Source: Camelus ferus
Lineage: Eukaryota
Direction of reading: 5' to 3'
Length of the DNA stretch: 64,000 nt
Assembly: GCF_009834535.1 (NCBI RefSeq)
Contig: NC_045705.1
Location: forward strand, 71,796,001 to 71,860,000
Shown piece by piece: positions 1 to 17,980 of this stretch (the stretch's first letter is position 1; each line of letters begins with the position of its first letter). A program made the translations under genes and the position numbers. The notes under the pieces were generated by a model. That model worked only from the letters and a program-made list of their open reading frames with translations. It was not told the DNA's origin and ran no database searches.

Positions 1-1891
<1,891 letters not shown>

Positions 1892-2869
1892 GGTGAGGGT
1901 CTCAGCTGCTGGGTGCTGTGAAGCCAAGGAGGAGTCAGGGCCTGAGCAGAGCTGAGAAGAAATGAGGCGAGAGGGGAAGTGAAGGCAGAGAGAGGGTGTG
2001 GGGTAAGGGTGTCTGAGGGCTGAGCTGGGGTGGTGGGAGCCAGGAGTGAGCCCAAGGGCCTCCCTGCCCCAGATGGAAAGGTGGGAGAGGGCATGGCAAG
2101 GTCCAGAGAGGAGGGGCAACCTGGGGAGGTATGGCCCAATTGCAGGTAGGGCTGCAGATGTTGGTTGTCAGGGGTGGAGTGATGTGGGCTCAGGGCCACC
2201 CAGGGAGCTAGAGGCTGTGGCCCAAGGAGGGAGCCAGGGCAGGAGAGGGTGGGCTGGGGGAGAGAGGGTCTCAGTGTATTGTTGGGGAGCAGCTATAGAA
2301 GATCTTGTGACGAAAATGAGGAGGTGGCGGCTTGGGTCAGGGCTGGTCAGCCGCAGAGGTGCTGAACAGGTCATGGAGTTGGAGACCTGGAGACGAGGCT
2401 GATCTGACTGGGTCAGTGGGAGCACCCAGCCAATCCTGGCTGAGTCCTTAGGCCCTGAGTCTGGGCCTCAGCGCTCTGCCTCCTGCCAGCTGGCAGGCGG
2501 GGTAAGCTCCTCCCTCCTGGCCCACAGCTTCTCCCACCGGCACCAGGCCCCTGGGGTGCAGGCCCAGAGTCCCGCCCTGGGCACGATGCCTTCCGCGGCC
2601 CTTGTCAGGATCAGCCGGAGTCTATCCTTGCGGCCCCTCCTCCTAGCACTTCACTCTCCACCAGACTGGCCTCCTCCAAGTCCCTGTCCCCAATCAGACC
2701 ACTTGTCATTCCCACGGCACCCTGACCCTGGATGTCCCAAAAGCTAACCCGCAGTGTAGTAACACCTTCCACCTGGGGTTCCAGACCCCTTGCCCCTCAT
2801 TCCAGGACCGTGATTCTCTCTCCCCATCCGCATTCCTGGGGATGGGGGCAAGATCTCCAAAGAGGGCAG

Positions 2870-3420
2870 GTCTGAGGAAGCGCGAGAGGAGGGCGCACGG
2901 GGCCCAGAAATAGCTCCCCACTCACACCGCTGCCTTCCCCGGGCGGGTGCTCCACCCCACCGGCGACTCGCGGGCTCCACTAGACCAAAGGGCCATCCCA
3001 GCCGGAAGCTGCGCTGCGTCCAGGCAGGGAGGGGAAGGGCCGCCAGGACCCCGCGCCCTGGGGGCCGCGCCCGCCCTGCCCCCGCCGCTGCGCCCCAAGG
3101 GGCCCCGGAGTCCCTGACCGCGACCCGGAAGATCGGCGTGCCCAGCGGCGACTGGGAGAGGCGGGAGAGGGCGCGGGGCCGACGCGGGCGGCGGCGGGAT
3201 CGGGAGGCGCCTACCTGCGAGCTGCACCGTCCCACCTGCTGCGCGCCGCGCTGTCCTTCTGCGGGCAGCGAGACCCCCGGCGGGCCGGCCCGGGCGGAGC
3301 CGCCGCTGCTGCCGCCGCTGTCGCCGTGTCCCCGCGTGTCCCCGCCTCTAGGCGCTTCCCCGGTGAGCCGGCACTCGCCTCCCAGCCCGCCCGCCCTCGC
3401 ATAGGGCTCCCGACCCCCGA
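2870..3420 (-). promoter_or_regulatory. CpG island; probable CRACR2B promoter and non-coding 5' exon(s)
   Basis: CpG-dense. Minus-strand donors CAG|GTAGGC (exon end 3215) and GGT|GTGAGT (exon end 2926). The acceptor of the ATG-bearing exon is at 1951. Confidence 0.6.
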
Positions 3421-4944
3421 GTGGCTGTCCTCACAGAGCCCGCACGCCTAGTAGGGTGGAGATGCTCCTGGGGACCCTTCTTGAACAAGTGTGGGGGTCC
3501 TGAGGAGCCGGTTTTAAGGCACCAAAATGCATGTGCAGGAAAAAGCCAGCAGGAAATAGACCAAAATATTTCCAGTCGTTATCTCTGGAAGTGGGGTGAC
3601 TTTTTCTTCCTTATACTTCTCAACTTTTGTTTTTTTCCACTTTTACATAATAAACATGTGATATACTAGAAAATGGTATTTAAAGCAGTGACACAAGTGC
3701 CTGTGCCTGTGAAGGTGAGTGACAGGTGGGGGCACCCCAAGCACTCCTTTGGGGGCACAGCCCTGAGGCTGGTTCCTGTTACAGGGTGCTGGGAAAAGGT
3801 GCTGGGTGGGACCTGCGTGTGACCATCCTGCTGGGGGAGAAAACCCCAACCTCTTCCCAGGGGTCCTCCTCCCAGCCCCCAACCCACCCCTGCACCCACC
3901 TGGAGGGGCTGGCCTGGCAGCTCTGGGGGGCTGGAGGCCTCCGTCTCTCCAGGAGCCTCGGATCCTGCTCAACTGGAACAGGTTGTGACTATAGGACAGG
4001 ACCTTGAGACCAAGGGGGGGTGGCCCCTGGCACAGGCACACCGGCAACCTGCTGAGCCGGCTCTCCCAGTCAGGGCAGTCCCACTACCGACCGTTATTGT
4101 TGGCTGGGGGCCGTGGCCACCGCCACCCCAGCTGCCCCATGCCCTGAGGGGAAGGGGCAGATGTGAGCTTAACCAGGTAGGACTAAGAACTCTGGACAGC
4201 CAGCGAAGTTCTGGACTCTGTGCCAGCACCCCTCACCCCCATGGGCCCTTTGGGGCACCAAGGAGGGTTGGTTGCATCCCCTCAGACTGCCCAGGGCAGC
4301 AGAAGCTTTCAGAAAACCATATCTACCCCAGAACAAAGTCCAGCCCCCTTCAACTCAGACTCCACCCCACCTAATATCCCAGATCCCTCCTGGACATGGA
4401 CAGGAGACTGGGTACTCTGCTGGGGGGAGGCTGACGGGGAACAAGATGTCTGCATCTGGCCTGTGAGGCTGGTCATGACAGGGGAAGACCTGCACCTCCC
4501 ACAGCGCCTTGGGGGGAACACCGAAAGTGGAGCAGCCCCCCCCCCCACGCCACTGCCAGGTCCCCAGCACTCAGCTTGGGAACCTTCTCCGCCACAACCA
4601 TCCAAACCTGAAATCAGCCCCACGACCCCACGTCACCGTGGAGTGGAGGTGAAGACACCACCTTTTGTAAACACTTCTTAGTTTTTACTTAGCAAGTATC
4701 TTGGTCCCAAATATTTCCACTAGCCCTTGGAAAGCTGTGCCCAAGGGTCCCAGCCAGAAGAGTGAGCTGGAGGGGGTCAGGGGGAGCCCCAGTCCCGGCT
4801 GGCAGGCCTAGAGGTGCCAGACTCAGGGAGAGCAGCCCCTGGAAGTCATGACCTGAAGCTGTAGAGACTGGTCAGCTGGGGGTGGCGGGGGTCGGGGGGG
4901 GGTTGTCCCATACAAGTGAAGGAGGCAGGGGCTAAGCTGTCACA

Positions 4945-4950
4945 TTTATT
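4945..4950 (-). terminator. PNPLA2 polyadenylation signal AATAAA
   Basis: TTTATT on + about 460 nt past the PNPLA2 stop codon. Confidence 0.75.
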
Positions 4951-5412
4951 ACATCTGCTTTGGCAAAAATAAATAATTCTTCACACACATGCTTCAGCAA
5001 AACAAGGAAAACGTGGAGGAAGGAGCAGGTGCAAAGTTCTCAGGAGTAATACTGCCCTGATGGGTGGGGTGTTGGGCAGGGGCGGCAGGTGCAGGAGCCC
5101 CTAGCCATGACCGCCCCACTCCAGGGTGGGGTCTGGGAAGGGGAGATTAAGGCACAGAGAGGGGAGCCTTGTGGGGAGGAGTACTCCACGTGCCTGCCTC
5201 CTTAGTGCAGCAGGGGAGCGGTCGGCTGACAGCAAAGCCCCCTCTGGCAGCAGGAGGGGCCCCCATCTCCTCACTCTGCAGCGGGGGTGGAGAGGTCGGG
5301 GAGGAGGATCTCAGCGCGTCCCAGGGCCCCGTCTCGCCGGGCAGGGGAGCTGGGGGGCCCAGCCCTCAGCACCAGGGTCCCAGGGGACTGGGGCAGGCTG
5401 GAGCAGGGGCGC

Positions 5413-9774
<4,362 letters not shown>

Positions 9775-12700
9775 CGCGGCGTCCCGCCGGGCTCCGAGGC
9801 TCCGCGGGCGGCCGGCCTCGCTGTGCACTGCGCGCTCGCTGCTCGCTCTGGAGCGGGGGCCAGACCCCCGCGGTCGCTCTAACTCGGGTCTCCGCCGGCG
9901 GGGTTGGAGACGCTGCGCGGGGAGGTGACGGAGGCGGTGATTTTACCGGGGGGGCGGGACTGAGCCGGCACGCGCGGCCAGTCGGGGTGAGCGGGGAACG
10001 GCCGCGCCCTCGGGGCGAGCCCTGAGACCACGCCCCTCCCCGGAAGTCTCCCTCGGCCCAGAGCCCGGGCTCGGAGCCCCCGCCCCGGCCCCGAGACTCG
10101 GCCTCCAGCCCCTCCCGCCCGCGGTCCAGGCCACTGGGCCCTGAGACGCCGGCCCAGCCAAAGGCACTGGCCAGGTCTGGACGAGAATCCATGCCCCTGG
10201 CCTCTAGCTGCCTTCCCCCACCCCGAACCATCGTGGGCGGCGGGAGGGGACACACAGTGGCCCAGAGGTGTGGGGACCGGGGTCCGGATACCCGCAAAGT
10301 TGGAGCGATGGTGTCTAGGCAGCAACCGCCCCCTCCCTCGGGGGTCTGCTTACAACACCCACCCTGGACACTGAGGAACTCGCTGAGGGGCAGGGACTCG
10401 AAGGACCTACGGACTCATCCACAGACTGACCCATAAACACACAGGGCTGCACGGGAACCACACAGAGACGACTTCCAGAGAGAACACACCCGTGCCGCAG
10501 ACACTGTCCCCCAACAACATCCCGGCCCCCGCCCTCCCCGCTGAGCCGCCCCCTCCACCTGGGCACTAACCTGGTCGACCTGTGTCCTGGCGCAGCTTCT
10601 TAGGCCGTGGTGGTCTCCGCAGGTGTGACTCGGCCCCATCCGCCGCCACTAATTGCCCCAGCAGGTGGAGCACTCCCGGTGATGTCACCCTCCCGCCCCC
10701 TCCCTCTTCCGCATTTTTCTCCTGGACTGTGTGGCAGGCCTAGCCCGGCTTGGCTCCAGGGCCGGCCCTGCACCAACCCCACCCCTCAACCAAGTGCTGG
10801 TCTATGCTGGGGGTTGGGTTGCCAGTGTGCGTTTGTCTTCCCAGAACACTCACCCCCAGGCAGGACCCAGCTGGTGCCAGAGCTGCAGCTGGGGGCTGCC
10901 CCCACCCAGGCCCAGGCTGAGAAGCCAGAGCAGGGCCTCCCCAGGACACAGCCATCTGGGGTCAGGCCACCCAGTCCTCAGCCTCTGTGCTCCAAGCCAC
11001 CCATACTTAGCACCATGTTTGCTGGCAAGGATTTGAGCAGTGAGCAAAGTCAACACAAACGGGCCTTACTCAGGGTGGGGTGGGTAGGAGAGATGTTTTC
11101 TATAAGCTCAAATAAGAACTAAGATGGGGAAGGGGTGTGCGGATACAGTTAACCTGGGACGGGCACAGGGCCACCGTCCTACAGGACATGTAAAGGCCCT
11201 GGGCTCCAGGATTGAGAGGGGAGCTCAAAGCTGGGTGCTAGAAAAGGGGAAAGCAGAGGGGGTGAGGGAATTCCACTGTATGTGGGACCCCAGCCCCCAA
11301 GGGCTTTGGAGAGAGGTACAGTACAGAGGGTGTGGTGCTGCTGGAGGCCCTGGGCTGCACAAGCTGAGCCAGGACACTCAGAAGGCCATTTCTGCAACCC
11401 ACTCCAAGGAGTGGCCAGGGTCCAGGCCCTGCCTGCTCCCGAGACTGGGGGCCCTGGAGGGTGGCGCCGCCCCAGTGCAGGGAGACCTCTGCTCTCATTT
11501 CCACATCATGGCCAAATTGCTTTGGATACATGTACCTCCCTCCAGGCCCCTGGGACCACAAGGCCTGGAGCCAGGAACAAGGCAGCCCTTCCTGGAACCC
11601 TGGTTGGGGGTGGGACGTGGCCCTGCCTCCTCCCCATCAGCACAGATGAGAAACCTTGGTATCTGATGACTCTGCCAGGCAGGTGCCATGCCCCCACTCC
11701 CGTGGTGTCCTCTGGCCCACACAGGGCCCTTCTCTTCAGGGTCCAAGGGTGGGACCCTGGCTCCGTTCCTCTGCAGGTCCCTGTGTCCCTGGGCACCCAT
11801 TGCTCCACCCCTCATCCCATTCACACTTCCCCGCCTTGTGGCCCACACCGCTATGATCCCTGCAGGGGTCCCCACTCCCCCTTGGCTCCATGTTCCCCCA
11901 CCACCCCCAACCCCTCCATTCCTAGTCCCCACTCCTCTAGCAAAAGGGATCCTACGTCTTCCTTCCACCCCACACACACTCCTGCCCTGGGGCCTCTTCC
12001 TGAGGCAAGCCCTCCACCCACCCCACCCCGTGTGGTACTCATTACTTTCTCCAGAGGCAAAGCCTTCAGTGCTGTGGCCTGGAACACAGTAGGAGCACAC
12101 ATCACAGCTAGTTGCCCGTCCAGAGTCTTCAGAGGGGGAAGCAACGTGTCTGCTGAGCGACCTGGCATCAGTAAGTAAAGGGAGGGCCCGTCTCCTCTGC
12201 CCCAAATTTTGGGCCAGAGCCTGGCAGAAGAGGCACCAGGCCACCAAAGGACATAGGAGCACACAGCCCAGTATCACTGCCCAGAAACCACTTCCACAGC
12301 TGGCCAGCAAAGGGGCTGCCCCACCAGACAGCTGGGGACGCTGAGGCTCAGAAGAGCTAAGTGGCTGTCTCAAGTCGCTCAGGGGTTAAGGCGGAGCTGG
12401 GGCACTGAAATGAACAAGAACTGGGCCCCTGATCCTACAAGGACACGCAGGACCCATACACCCACCACCTCTGGTGCATAACCGGAGGACGCCACCAGTC
12501 TTGCAGGAAGTGCTGGTCTCAACTGCCCAAGCCTGGCACACACAGCGGAAACCTACTGATGCTTCTCAAGTTTTCCTGAGTGTCCCCTGAAGGCCTCACT
12601 CCCTGGGAAGGCCCTGGCAGTCCACAAGAGCCAGGACCGTGTCCTAGAAGGCTCACGCTCTCTCCTGAGCCTGTTTAAGGTTTGGCCACACTCAAGACCC

Positions 12701-12835
12701 ACAGTGGGAAGTGTCCCAGGCACTCCATTCCACCTCTTGGAGCAAGGGCCTTGGTTCCTCCCAGAATGAGACTAGAGTGCAGAAACCACTCTAATGAACT
12801 GCTCACAGACAACTCAAGAAATATGTAAAAAGAGT

Positions 12836-12841
12836 TTTATT
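12836..12841 (-). terminator. RPLP2 polyadenylation signal AATAAA
   Basis: TTTATT on + 17 nt past the RPLP2 stop codon. Confidence 0.9.
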
Positions 12842-12857
12842 TGCAGGGAGCGAGACT

Positions 12858-14452
12858 CTAGTCGAACAAGCCAAACCCCATGTCATCGTCTGACTCCTCT
12901 GACTCCTCCTTCTTCTCCTCCTTCTTTTCCTCTGCTGTGGGGAGAAAGAGCGTTGAGACCCCAGTGCAGGCCACCCTCCCAGCTGAGACCCCAGTGCACC
13001 TGCAGGGGTGGCTGCCTGAGCCCGCACTTACCTACGGCTGGGGCAGAACCTGCAGCAGGAGCTGCAGAGCCTGGGGCAGCTGGGACGGCCACAGCCCCGC
13101 CAGCAGGCACGCTGGCCAGCTTGCCGATGCCTACAGAAACCAGAAAGGGGAGGTGAGACCACGGCAGGTGCTTGGCCTGAACGCTGCCTAAGGATAAAGA
13201 AACAGTCTGCCCATGTATCAGGACCTGTATCACAGACTTCTGCTCTCCCAGACAGAAGATTCTGTCACTGCTCCCAAAAACTGGCTTTTAGGAATCTCTC
13301 CAGCAGGACCACACTGCCCCACCCAGGACGTAAGTCGGATAAACACATCGAAGATCAGGCAGGAACAGACTCTCACCTCTGGCAGCAAGCTCACCACGTA
13401 CCCAGGGACAGAAACAGCTCCCCAACAGCTCAACTTCCACACAAGCCCCACCAGCTTGATATCGCTAGGAAACCACGTGCCCAGCAAAGGAGAGCAGTGG
13501 CTGTGGTCCTCCCGGGCACCCCTGCTCTCTGCTTGAAACGCCTCTCACCAAGAGGAAAAAGTGAGACTTGTTTACAAACAGGCTCAGTGAGAGCACTGCC
13601 CCTGGGGTGTCTAGAAGCGCCCGTGAAGTGAGCTCTCTCAAACCCTGCTCACTCCTGCGGGTAAGACTTCTAGGATGCTCTAGTCCACAAGCGAAACCTG
13701 GCAGGTCACAGGCTGACCCGCAGGGATTAGGATGGACCATGAAAACAAAAGCTCCAACCACAAGCTCACCCTGAGCAATGACGTCCTCGATGTTCTTTCC
13801 GTTCAGCTCACTGATGACCTGCAGTGGAGGACCAGCGCAGTTAGAGGCCCACCATCACGGCCCCTCTAGCCCAGCCATCATGACCCACGCTCAAGAGAGG
13901 TAAGTGAGACGTGCCATGCGTGGTGACTAACACCACATTTTTAACACGTTACTTAAAAGAATGCGAAATATCTCAATTTTTATTCAACACATGTTAAAAT
14001 AACATCCTCAGTAAGATAGATGGAAAAAAGCTGAACTTAGCTACTTTCGTTAAAATAAAAGTTGCTAAACTACCTAAGTTACAAGTGAGCTGTACTGTGT
14101 TGTATTCCCACTGAGCCCTACTAATGGGGACTTTACCTCTACCCCAACTTGTTTCCTTTTGGCCGTATCGGTATCTCAAAAGGGCACCCAATGACCACAT
14201 GCGCTGGCGCAAGCCTCCCCTCAAACCCGCGGGCACGTCAGCCTACACTTTCCCGAAAGGAAGAGAGGGACTCCCTGTGCGCAGGATATAGAGTTGGCCG
14301 GGGGCTTCGGGTCCCAGCGGGGCGGCTACCTTGTTGAGCCGGTCGTCGTCTGCCTCGATGCCCACGCTGTCCAGGATCTTTTTGATGTCCTTGGCGCTGG
14401 GGGAGGCATTGCCCCCGAGCGCGGCCAGCAGGTAAGAGGCGACGTAGCGCAT
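12858..14452 (-). CDS. RPLP2: 60S acidic ribosomal protein P2, 115 aa
   Basis: Exons 14452-14330 (MRYVASYLLAALGGN...), 13818-13770, 13130-13032, 12934-12858 (EEKKEESEESDDDMGFGLFD*) total 348 nt. Confidence 0.99.
13605..13739 (-). ncRNA. SNORA52: H/ACA box snoRNA SNORA52 (ACA52) in an RPLP2 intron
   Basis: Minus strand reads TGGTCCATCCTAATCCCTGC...GGTTTCGCTTGTGGACT, closely matching human SNORA52 as recalled. H box AGAGCA at 13681-13676; ACA box at 13610-13608, 3 nt from the end. RPLP2 is the known host gene. Confidence 0.93.
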
Positions 14453-14653
14453 CCTGAAGTTGCGGAGAGGGCGGCGGCGTTGCCGGGAGGCCTCCCGCCC
14501 CCACCCCGGCCCGTGCGCGGCCGCGCGTGGCCCGGCCCGAGGGCCCCCTCTGAGGCCCAGCCCGCGCCCTGCTCCGCACCCGGCCCCGCGCCCTGCCTGC
14601 CCTCCGCGACGCTCACGACGGCGACTGGCCCGTGCCCCGGCCTCCCCACTCAC

Positions 14654-14715
14654 TCGGCAGCGGGGGAGAGGCCTCACGCGTGCAACCTCGGCGGCGTCAA
14701 GGACGGAAAGGAAGG
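14654..14715 (-). other. RPLP2: RPLP2 non-coding exon 1 with 5' terminal oligopyrimidine (TOP) tract
   Basis: Minus strand CCTTCCTTTCCGTCCTT at 14715-14699. Donor CGA|GTGAGT after 14654. Exon 2 begins 1 nt before the ATG (acceptor at 14453). Confidence 0.8.
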
Positions 14716-15260
14716 CGCCGGTGCTGGGGGCGGGGATAATCCGCTACCCAGAAGCCTCCGGGACCTGCGCGCCGCGCCCCGTGAAGGCGCCTCCGAGTGA
14801 CGTCACACGTGCTCAGCCAGCGAGGACGCCGGAAACGCCGTTGTCCCGTCCCGCACCACAAAGGCGAAGGGCAGTTCTGGGGCTGCCTTCTTGTATAGGA
14901 TGGGGCGAGTGTCCCTCGAAGTCCCTGGGGGCTGCGGGGCGAAGCGAGGCGCGAACCCGAAGTGCAGCGTTTCTCCCTCAGGGCTCCCAGGATGCCACGC
15001 GGCGCCTACAGCTCCCAACATGCAGCGCGGCTTCCACGTCCCGGTCACATCTCTGCAGGAGCAGCCGACGAACTACAAGTCCCATGGTGCGTGCCTCCCG
15101 GAAGTGCGGCTGCGCCACGGCCTGAGCGGGCCGCACGTGGCCCGAGCGCAGCTGCTCTGGTCCGACCCGCGGCCCTTCCGGCTCTCCGGTGGTTCCCGCC
15201 CGCTGACCGGCGGGGGCTGGTGGCGGTCTTGCCCAGCCTGGCCCAGTGAGGTAGGCGAGC
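14716..15260. promoter_or_regulatory. RPLP2 promoter CpG island with CRE, ETS/GABP and ACTACAnnTCCC (ZNF143/THAP11-type) motifs
   Basis: TGACGTCA 14798-14805, ACTACAAGTCCCA 15072-15084, CCGGAAGT 15098-15105. Confidence 0.75.
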
Positions 15261-15831
15261 CTTTCCGCGAGCTCACACCGCGGGATCGAGCCGCTGCTCC
15301 CTTCCAGGGCCATGGCGGGGGCCTCGGGCGAAGCTGGAGGCCCTGTCACCGCTGCCGCCCCGAGGAGTGGAGCCAGGAGTCCCGACACCCGCGTGACCTG
15401 CCCCCGCCTTGGCCCTCTCGGCTCCGAACTGGCCTCAGAGTTCACGCGGACACATCTCACGTCACTCATTCACTCCTCCGTGTCAGGGGCCCTGCTGCAG
15501 GCTGGCGTCTGTCCTGAGAGGGAACAGGCCCAGTTCTGCTTGCGCGGAAATTAGGCTCTAGCGCGCAGACACACCAAGTCAATAAACGAGGCCGTCCCAG
15601 GCTGAGATAGACCCTGAGGGAAGAGGCGGCGACACGGAGCTGAAGGATGGGAAGGAGCCGGCCCTGCGAAAATCTGGGGCGAGCCCAGGCCAGCGGGATC
15701 AGATGCAAAGGCCCTGAGGTGGTCGGAGGTGTGTCCAGAGGCAGCAACCAGCCGATGCGGGCTCAGACGACAAGGGGAACCCACGTGTGTAGCGCATCAA
15801 GCGCTAGTGCGTTAACACACACCATACAGCA

Positions 15832-15895
15832 CCCCCATTATATAGATGAACAGGTCAGGCACAGAAAGGCTTTCCCGCTCAGGGTCACACAGCGG
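15832..15895 (+). mobile_element. MIR SINE core fragment
   Basis: CCCCATTATATAGATGAACAGGTCAGGCACAGAAAGG...AGGGTCACACAGC resembles the MIR core. Confidence 0.6.
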
Positions 15896-15974
15896 GGGTA
15901 AAGTGGGGAAACCGTCCGGCGAGGATGTGACTTTATTGCCATCACACAGGGAGGTGGCATGTTGTGATTGTTCT

Positions 15975-16350
15975 CATTTTTGTTGACAGCAAAATAATAC
16001 ATAACATAAAACTTACCGTTTTACTCCTACAATTTAGCGGCATTAGGAGCATTCACACTGTTGTACAATCAGCACCATCTGTTTCCAGAAGTTTTTTTAT
16101 CTTCTCAAATTGAACTCTACCCATTAAATGGTAACTCCCCATTCACCTCCCCCAGCCCCTGCACATCCCCACCTCCCCATTGTACTTTCTGTCTCTGGTA
16201 TTTGATTGCTTTAGAGACCTCATGTAAGTGGAAACACACAGCACTTGTTCTTTTGTATCTGGCTTATTTCATTTACTGTAATGCCCTCAAGGTTTATCCA
16301 CATTGTAGCCTGTGTCAGGATGTCATTCCTTTTTAAGACTGAATGATGTT
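15975..16350 (-). mobile_element. Old L1 (L1M-type) 3' fragment, antisense
   Basis: Typical L1MB-like text: CATTCACACTGTTGTACAATCAGCACC...CTGGCTTATTTCATT...TCCACATTGTAGCCTGTGTCAG. Confidence 0.8.
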
Positions 16351-16979
16351 CCTGTGATGAATTTTTTGTTTTTGTTTAATTCTCCTGATAGCTCTGTGGA
16401 AACTGAATGGGGGCTAAGAGCTGGGGAGAAAGGAGGCCTGGCAGAAACTGCCCATCCTGGTGAGAGGGATGTTGGGAGCTGGGGAGGCTGGAGGAAACAG
16501 TGCAGTGCGTACCATGTGATTTGGGGGCCAAACAGGCAGAAGAGGGTGTGTTCACGTGTTCCTTTACAGGGCACCTGCTCTGCGGGGTTAGGACAAGATG
16601 CAGGCACGAGTGGGGAATGCTTTCTTGAGGGTCAAACAGACCTGGTTTGTGGCCCTTGGCTTCGGCACTCACCAGCTAAGTGGCATTGGGCAAAGTCCGA
16701 ACTCCCGGAGCCTCCTTTTCCTCTTTTGTGAGTTGTAGCAGAGAAGGACTGAAGGAGGCGCAGCATGTGGGGAAGCCAGATGCTCGGGGCGTCTGGCCCA
16801 GAGTGGTAGTCCATAAAGTGGGGTCACTGGAGCTGGGGGTCGGGCTCTGCAGGGCTTGAGAGGAGGCCCTTGGGGCTGGCTGGGGACATTCTGAGAGCTC
16901 TTGTCTTCCAGCAAGAGGTGGGTATGGAGCAGCAATGGCGATCAGCCCCCAATACCCACTGCAACCCGAGATCGCACCG

Positions 16980-17520
16980 GCTAATTTTGACACGGGGTCA
17001 GGAATGCACAGTCCAGGAGCAGAGCGGGCCTGAGAGGCCAAGAACCTCTGGGAGGGCGGGTCCGGTGGCGCGCGATGCGGGCCTTCCCGCGGGAAGGCTA
17101 GACGGCACGGACGCTTGCGGCCTGGCAGGAAGTTGAGTGCAGCGGGGCGGCGACTGGCAGAGGGAAGGCAGGGCGGTAAGGACCCTGAGGCCTCCGCTTG
17201 GGGACCCCAACGCGAGAGGCGCGCTTCTGACGCGGCGGGGCCCGGAAACGCGCCGCTGGGAGCGGGAGCGCAGGTAAAGCGCCGGCCGCGAGCGCGCCTT
17301 GGGGACGGCGGCGTTGGGGAGGGCGCTGTCTCCGGGCCGGGACCCGCCCCGAACGGTGGGGGCCGCAACTGAGCGGTGAACCGACCTCCCCAGCGGACCG
17401 AGGTGCGAGCTCAAGTGGCGGGAGAGCCCGCCTCCAGGGGTCAGGAAGTGGGGTCCCGTCCTGAGGAACCCCCTCACACTCACTGGTCTGACGGACGCGG
17501 GCGCGGTCACTATGGTCCTT
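16980..17520 (+). promoter_or_regulatory. PIDD1 promoter CpG island and non-coding exon 1
   Basis: CpG-dense. Donor CAG|GTAAAG after 17273; exon 2 acceptor CCTTGCAG ends at 17904. Contains ETS cores and an E2F-type palindrome at 17081-17098. Confidence 0.7.
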
Positions 17521-17935
17521 GCTTGGGCCACTGCCCCCACGTGGTAGAAGAGAGTCCTGGACCTCTGGTTAAAGCTGATGGAGAAGATTGGAGGTGGGGC
17601 CTGGACCCACGACTCTTGTGCGGGAGCAGGAGAGGGGCAGGCAGCCAGGATACCTGACAGCCCTAGGAGTCCCTTGTCTAAGTTTCCAGATTTGGGACGT
17701 GAAGCCTCACTCCTCCCCCATCCCTCAAGCAGGTCCCCAGACCCATCTGCACACAGGGGTCTCCCTGCCTGCTGTCTTGCCCAGCCCCATTTCAGCGATG
17801 ACCTGTCCAGCCTAGGCTTTGGATTCTGAACCAGCTGGCCTGGCTCAAGGGCTCCCCCCAGCCAGAGTCCCCCTTCCTACCCACTCCTCCCCCTGACCTT
17901 GCAGCCTCCCTGGGCCCTGCCTGAGCAGGCCTGCC

Positions 17936-17955
17936 TGGCAAGCTGGGACATGTCT
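17936..17955 (+). promoter_or_regulatory. p53 response element in the PIDD1 exon 2 5'UTR
   Basis: TGGCAAGCTG (8/10 to RRRCWWGYYY) directly followed by GGACATGTCT (10/10). PIDD1 is a known p53 target with an element in this region. Confidence 0.8.
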
Positions 17956-17980
17956 GGCCCCCGAGGACGACTGGTGGGTG

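Noticed and set aside
3215-3402. ATG in the putative CRACR2B first exon as an N-terminal extension
   Set aside because: Splicing 3215 to 1951 leaves it out of frame with the ATG at 1891 (248 nt, not a multiple of 3); at most a uORF.
9775-9828. In-frame upstream GTG giving an 18-aa ATGL extension
   Set aside because: Mediocre context and no supporting evidence; the ATG at 9774 matches the known N-terminus.
11282-12373. Overlapping ~290-300-aa ORFs on both strands between PNPLA2 and RPLP2
   Set aside because: Near-cognate starts and Pro/Gly-rich translations expected from GC content; no homology recognised.
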